NCBI GenBank assembly: GCA_963754925.1
Contig: CAVWHX010000004.1
Span: forward strand, 704,001 to 768,000
From: an uncultured delta proteobacterium
GTDB lineage: Bacteria; Myxococcota; B64-G9
Length of the DNA stretch: 64,000 bases
Direction of reading: 5' to 3'
In this document: piece by piece, positions 61,049 through 64,000 of the stretch
How positions within the stretch are numbered: the first letter of the stretch is position 1
How the letters are laid out: each line of letters begins with the position of its first letter
Translations under genes and position numbers: made by a program
Notes under the pieces: generated by a model
Seen by the model: only the letters and a program-made list of their open reading frames with translations
The model's database searches: none
Told to the model about the DNA's origin: nothing

Positions 61049-62373
61049 TGTCACCAGCCGCCATCTGGATCACAAAATGGCCAACCGCGCGTTCATGTCG
61101 AGATCAACCCACTATGCCGCCATGGCCAAGTTACTCCTCAATCTCCTGTTCTGGTTTGTCCGAGCGGCATTTCGTTCTCAACAAGATCTGATTCTTGAGA
61201 ACGTTGCCCTCAGACAACAACTGGCTGTTTTCAAATCCAAGCCTAGACGGCCTGTTCTTCATAATGGTGACCGAGTATTCTGGGTAGCTCTCCGAGAATC
61301 ATGGATGAAGTGGAAGAATGTCCTTATAGTGGTAAAACCCGAAACCGTTGTCCGGTGGCACCAAGAAGGATTCCGTCGCTATTGGCGTTGGAAATCTAAA
61401 TCTGACCGTATGGGTCGAGCGCTCATCCACAGGGAGATTCGAGCGCTTATACGCCAAATGGCCGCCGACAATACTTGGGGTGCTCCCAGAATTCATGCGG
61501 AGTTGTTGAAATTGGGATTTAGAGTATCCGAACGTACTGTCTCTCGCTATATGCCCAAAAAGCCCGCTCCGCCAGATGCCTTGAAAAACTGGATGACCTT
61601 CCTGAAAAACCACCGCGATCTGATCGCCGGAATCGATTTCTTTACCGTTCCCACCATCACGTTCAGTGTACTCTATGTATTTTTTGTCATCATGCATGCG
61701 AGACGACAGATCACCCGGTTCGCTGTTACAACCCATCCCTGTTCAGAATGGGTTGTTCAACAGCTCAGGGAGGCATTTCCCTTCGATACTGCTCCGAAAT
61801 ACCTCATTCTTGATCGAGACAAGAAATTTGAATTCTCCGTATTAAACGCGTTCAAGACGATGAATATAAAGCCGGTAAGAATCGCATGGAAATCACCTTG
61901 GCAGAATGGAGTCGCCGAACGGTGGGTCTTATCAGTACGGCGAGAGCTCCTAGATCATGTGGTGGTGTTGAACCAGGCTCAGTTACGCAGACTCCTTCGG
62001 GAGTATGTCAGTTACTACAACACAGACCGTTGCCATCTTGCTCTCGAAAAAGATTCTCCCAAGAAGCGGCCGGTAACATCACGGCCGTCACCGAATGCCC
62101 AGGTGATTGCATTGCCGAGGGTCGGTGGATTGCACCACCGATACGAATGGCGTGAGGCTGCTTAGGTCTGGATTGGTTGGTTGAGGCCCGACCAATAATT
62201 TTTGTTTCAATGGACACTTCTATCTTTTATCTTTCAGTTCGATTTATTCTTCCTCATGAACAGCATGATCGGCAGTTTTTGGATAAAGAAACTCGGATCA
62301 CGAGATACTTTTAAATTCTCATCTCGCCGTTGATTGCTTGGTTTTCCGTCTGAATTATTTTTGACGAGGTACA
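61049..62373 (+). mobile_element. IS481-like element 2 (left end uncertain)
   Basis: Right end TTTTGACGAGGTACA (TGT-N6-TCAAAA on -) coincides with the truncation point of the ankyrin gene. Left end guessed at TGT 61049. Confidence 0.55.
61122..62165 (+). CDS. Integrase-core (DDE) transposase, divergent paralogue of 57734-58789
   Basis: Same motifs (ENVALRQQL, IDFF, LDRD, VAER, GGLHHRYEW). Confidence 0.92.
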   Translation: MAKLLLNLLFWFVRAAFRSQQDLILENVALRQQLAVFKSKPRRPVLHNGDRVFWVALRESWMKWKNVLIVVKPETVVRWHQEGFRRYWRWKSKSDRMGRALIHREIRALIRQMAADNTWGAPRIHAELLKLGFRVSERTVSRYMPKKPAPPDALKNWMTFLKNHRDLIAGIDFFTVPTITFSVLYVFFVIMHARRQITRFAVTTHPCSEWVVQQLREAFPFDTAPKYLILDRDKKFEFSVLNAFKTMNIKPVRIAWKSPWQNGVAERWVLSVRRELLDHVVVLNQAQLRRLLREYVSYYNTDRCHLALEKDSPKKRPVTSRPSPNAQVIALPRVGGLHHRYEWREAA

Positions 62374-63740
62374 GGCGTTTTTCCATCTTTATCTTTCAAT
62401 TTTGGGTTGGCACCCTTTGCCAGCAGTACCTTTACTACCTTAGTGTGGCCCAGGAATGCGGCTCCATGGAGGGGTGTATCACCATCGGAATCTGTCGCGT
62501 TTATATCAGCGCCGTTACTGAGCAACAACTCCACTATCAGAGTACTGTCTTGTTGAGCAGCGATAATGAGAGGCGTCCCGTCTTTAAAAGCTTTTGCGTT
62601 CACATCGGCTCCCTTGGCCAGCAGTAACTTGGCAACATCGGTATGGCCTTGGAAAGAAGCACTACCAAGAGGTGTGGTTTCATTATCGGTTGCCTTCGCG
62701 TTTATGTCGGCTCCCTTACTAAGCAATGCCGTTACTACAGCGGCATGACCATTCTGAGAAGCCAGATGAAGGGGAGTGATACCATTGGGTGCTTTCGTGT
62801 TCACATCGGCGCCCTTTCGAAGCAACATTTCCACCACGTCAATATGGCCGTTCTGGGAAGCTACATGGAGGGATGTAAAGCCTTCGGATGTTTTCGCATT
62901 CACATAGGCGCCCTTACTAAGCAATACCTCGACCACAGTGGCATGACCGTTCTGGGAAGCTGAATGGAGGGATGTAAAACCATTGGTCGTTTTCGCTTTC
63001 ACATCGGCGCCATTGCTAAGCAATACCTCAACCACAGTGGTATGACCGTTCTGGGAGGCCATATGGAGGGGTGTAGCGTCTTCGGATGTCTTCGCATTCA
63101 CGTCGGCACCCTTACTAAGCAACATTTCCACCACGGCGGTATGGCCTTCAACACAGGCTAAAAAGAGTGGTGTAGAACCTGCGTATGTTTTCGCGTTTAC
63201 ATCAGCGCCCCTTGCTAGCAATGTGTTTACCACATCAGCATGACCGCCATAGGAGGCCTCATGCAGTGGCGTCCCGCCATCGGTCTTTTTCGCATTCACA
63301 TCAGCACCCTTGGTAAGTAGCAGCTCCACCATGGCGTTATTGCCTTTTCTTGAGGCCATATGGAGGGATGTCAAACCATTGGCTATTTTCGCATTCACGT
63401 CGGCGCCCTTGCTAAGCAACAGCTCCACTACGGCGTTATAGCCTTCCTGGGAAGCAAAATGGAGGGGTGTCCAGCCACCGGTTGTCTTCGCATTCACATC
63501 GGCACCCTTACTAAGCAACAGCTCCACCACGGCAATATTGCCTTCTTTAGAGGCCATATGAAGGGATGTCCAACCATCGGTTGTCTTCGCGTTCACATCG
63601 GCGCCCCCATCAAGTGGTTTCTGGATATTTGAGGGGTCTTCTTTGCAAACCGCTTCTCTCAACTCTTTCTCACCAGGCGACCGACACGACGAAGCGATTA
63701 TCATCGCAAGAACAAGGACTGGAGCAAGAATCGACCTCAT
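62355..63740 (-). CDS. Ankyrin-repeat lipoprotein paralogue, last repeat truncated by the IS end
   Basis: Highly similar to 50454-51983; one fewer internal repeat; ends KTPVPRQK instead of KTPLDLAKSKG... Confidence 0.92.
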   Translation of the reverse strand: MRSILAPVLVLAMIIASSCRSPGEKELREAVCKEDPSNIQKPLDGGADVNAKTTDGWTSLHMASKEGNIAVVELLLSKGADVNAKTTGGWTPLHFASQEGYNAVVELLLSKGADVNAKIANGLTSLHMASRKGNNAMVELLLTKGADVNAKKTDGGTPLHEASYGGHADVVNTLLARGADVNAKTYAGSTPLFLACVEGHTAVVEMLLSKGADVNAKTSEDATPLHMASQNGHTTVVEVLLSNGADVKAKTTNGFTSLHSASQNGHATVVEVLLSKGAYVNAKTSEGFTSLHVASQNGHIDVVEMLLRKGADVNTKAPNGITPLHLASQNGHAAVVTALLSKGADINAKATDNETTPLGSASFQGHTDVAKLLLAKGADVNAKAFKDGTPLIIAAQQDSTLIVELLLSNGADINATDSDGDTPLHGAAFLGHTKVVKVLLAKGANPKLKDKDGKTPVPRQK

Positions 63741-63750
63741 GACAACCTCC

Positions 63751-64000
63751 TAATAATCGAATTCTATAGCATTTCCCTCGAACTGCTTCACCACTAAAAT
63801 ATCTGAATGGAAATGAGCGGGTCCCTCCCCATCTTTCGCGCTGCTATTGACGCGCTTTTGACGCAGCGGAAATGTTTTGAGGAGTTCGCTAACAACCTCT
63901 AACCCATAGGATGAGAGATTGTAAGCCTCGCTCTGCTCGGCAACAATCTCTAGCGCGTTATACCGCGTTCGGATTCTCTCAGAAAGACGATGAAATCCTT
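63751..64000 (-). CDS. Possible 3' end of a gene entering from beyond the window
   Basis: Frame open from the window edge (GFHRLSERIRTRYNALE...NAIEFDY*). Confidence 0.35.

Noticed and set aside
50454..63740. Diversity-generating retroelement (TR/VR) explanation for the ankyrin duplicates
   Set aside because: No reverse transcriptase in the window, the duplication is gene-length, and the differences are not obviously adenine-specific.
45300..64000. Prophage or ICE integrated at tRNA-Phe
   Set aside because: No tyrosine/serine integrase, structural or conjugation genes, and no att duplicate seen. The main island lies on the 5' side of the tRNA.

Overview
Bacterial chromosomal window of moderately high GC; gene content and order suggest a Myxococcota/deltaproteobacterial lineage (inference). 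Positions 1-45.3 kb are mostly core genome: the end of a NuoF/HydB-like plus Fe-S oxidoreductase operon, pssA, a histidine kinase/DedA cluster, kbl, an M16 peptidase, grpE-dnaK...clpB, asnS, mntH, a Cys-rich GH5 enzyme, a lipase, hrpB, ispE-spoVG-prs-rplY-pth-rpsF-rpsR-rplI-dnaB, a DegP-type protease, a Fis-like HTH protein, TPR proteins and a methyltransferase with a long coiled coil. Two accessory patches sit inside the core. One is a ~250 bp array of strand-specific hairpins with GAA triloops and tandem GA pairs (3559-3807). The other is a toxin-antitoxin islet between dnaK and clpB, with an MqsR/MqsA-like pair, an apparently leaderless auto-repressed promoter, a toxin frameshift and two VapC-like remnants. 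Positions 45.3-64 kb are accessory: a stand-alone class III cyclase-like ORF, LysE, a GT-C glycosyltransferase, an enoyl-CoA hydratase and tRNA-Phe, then a conflict island. The island has two paralogous ankyrin lipoproteins, orphan RHS toxin/immunity fragments, an IS3-family element, a nucleotidyltransferase-HTH-unknown operon and two rve-integrase elements bracketing an EGF-repeat lipoprotein. Three single-base frameshifts in short homopolymer runs may be sequencing errors. All assignments are from motif recognition by eye; no searches were run.
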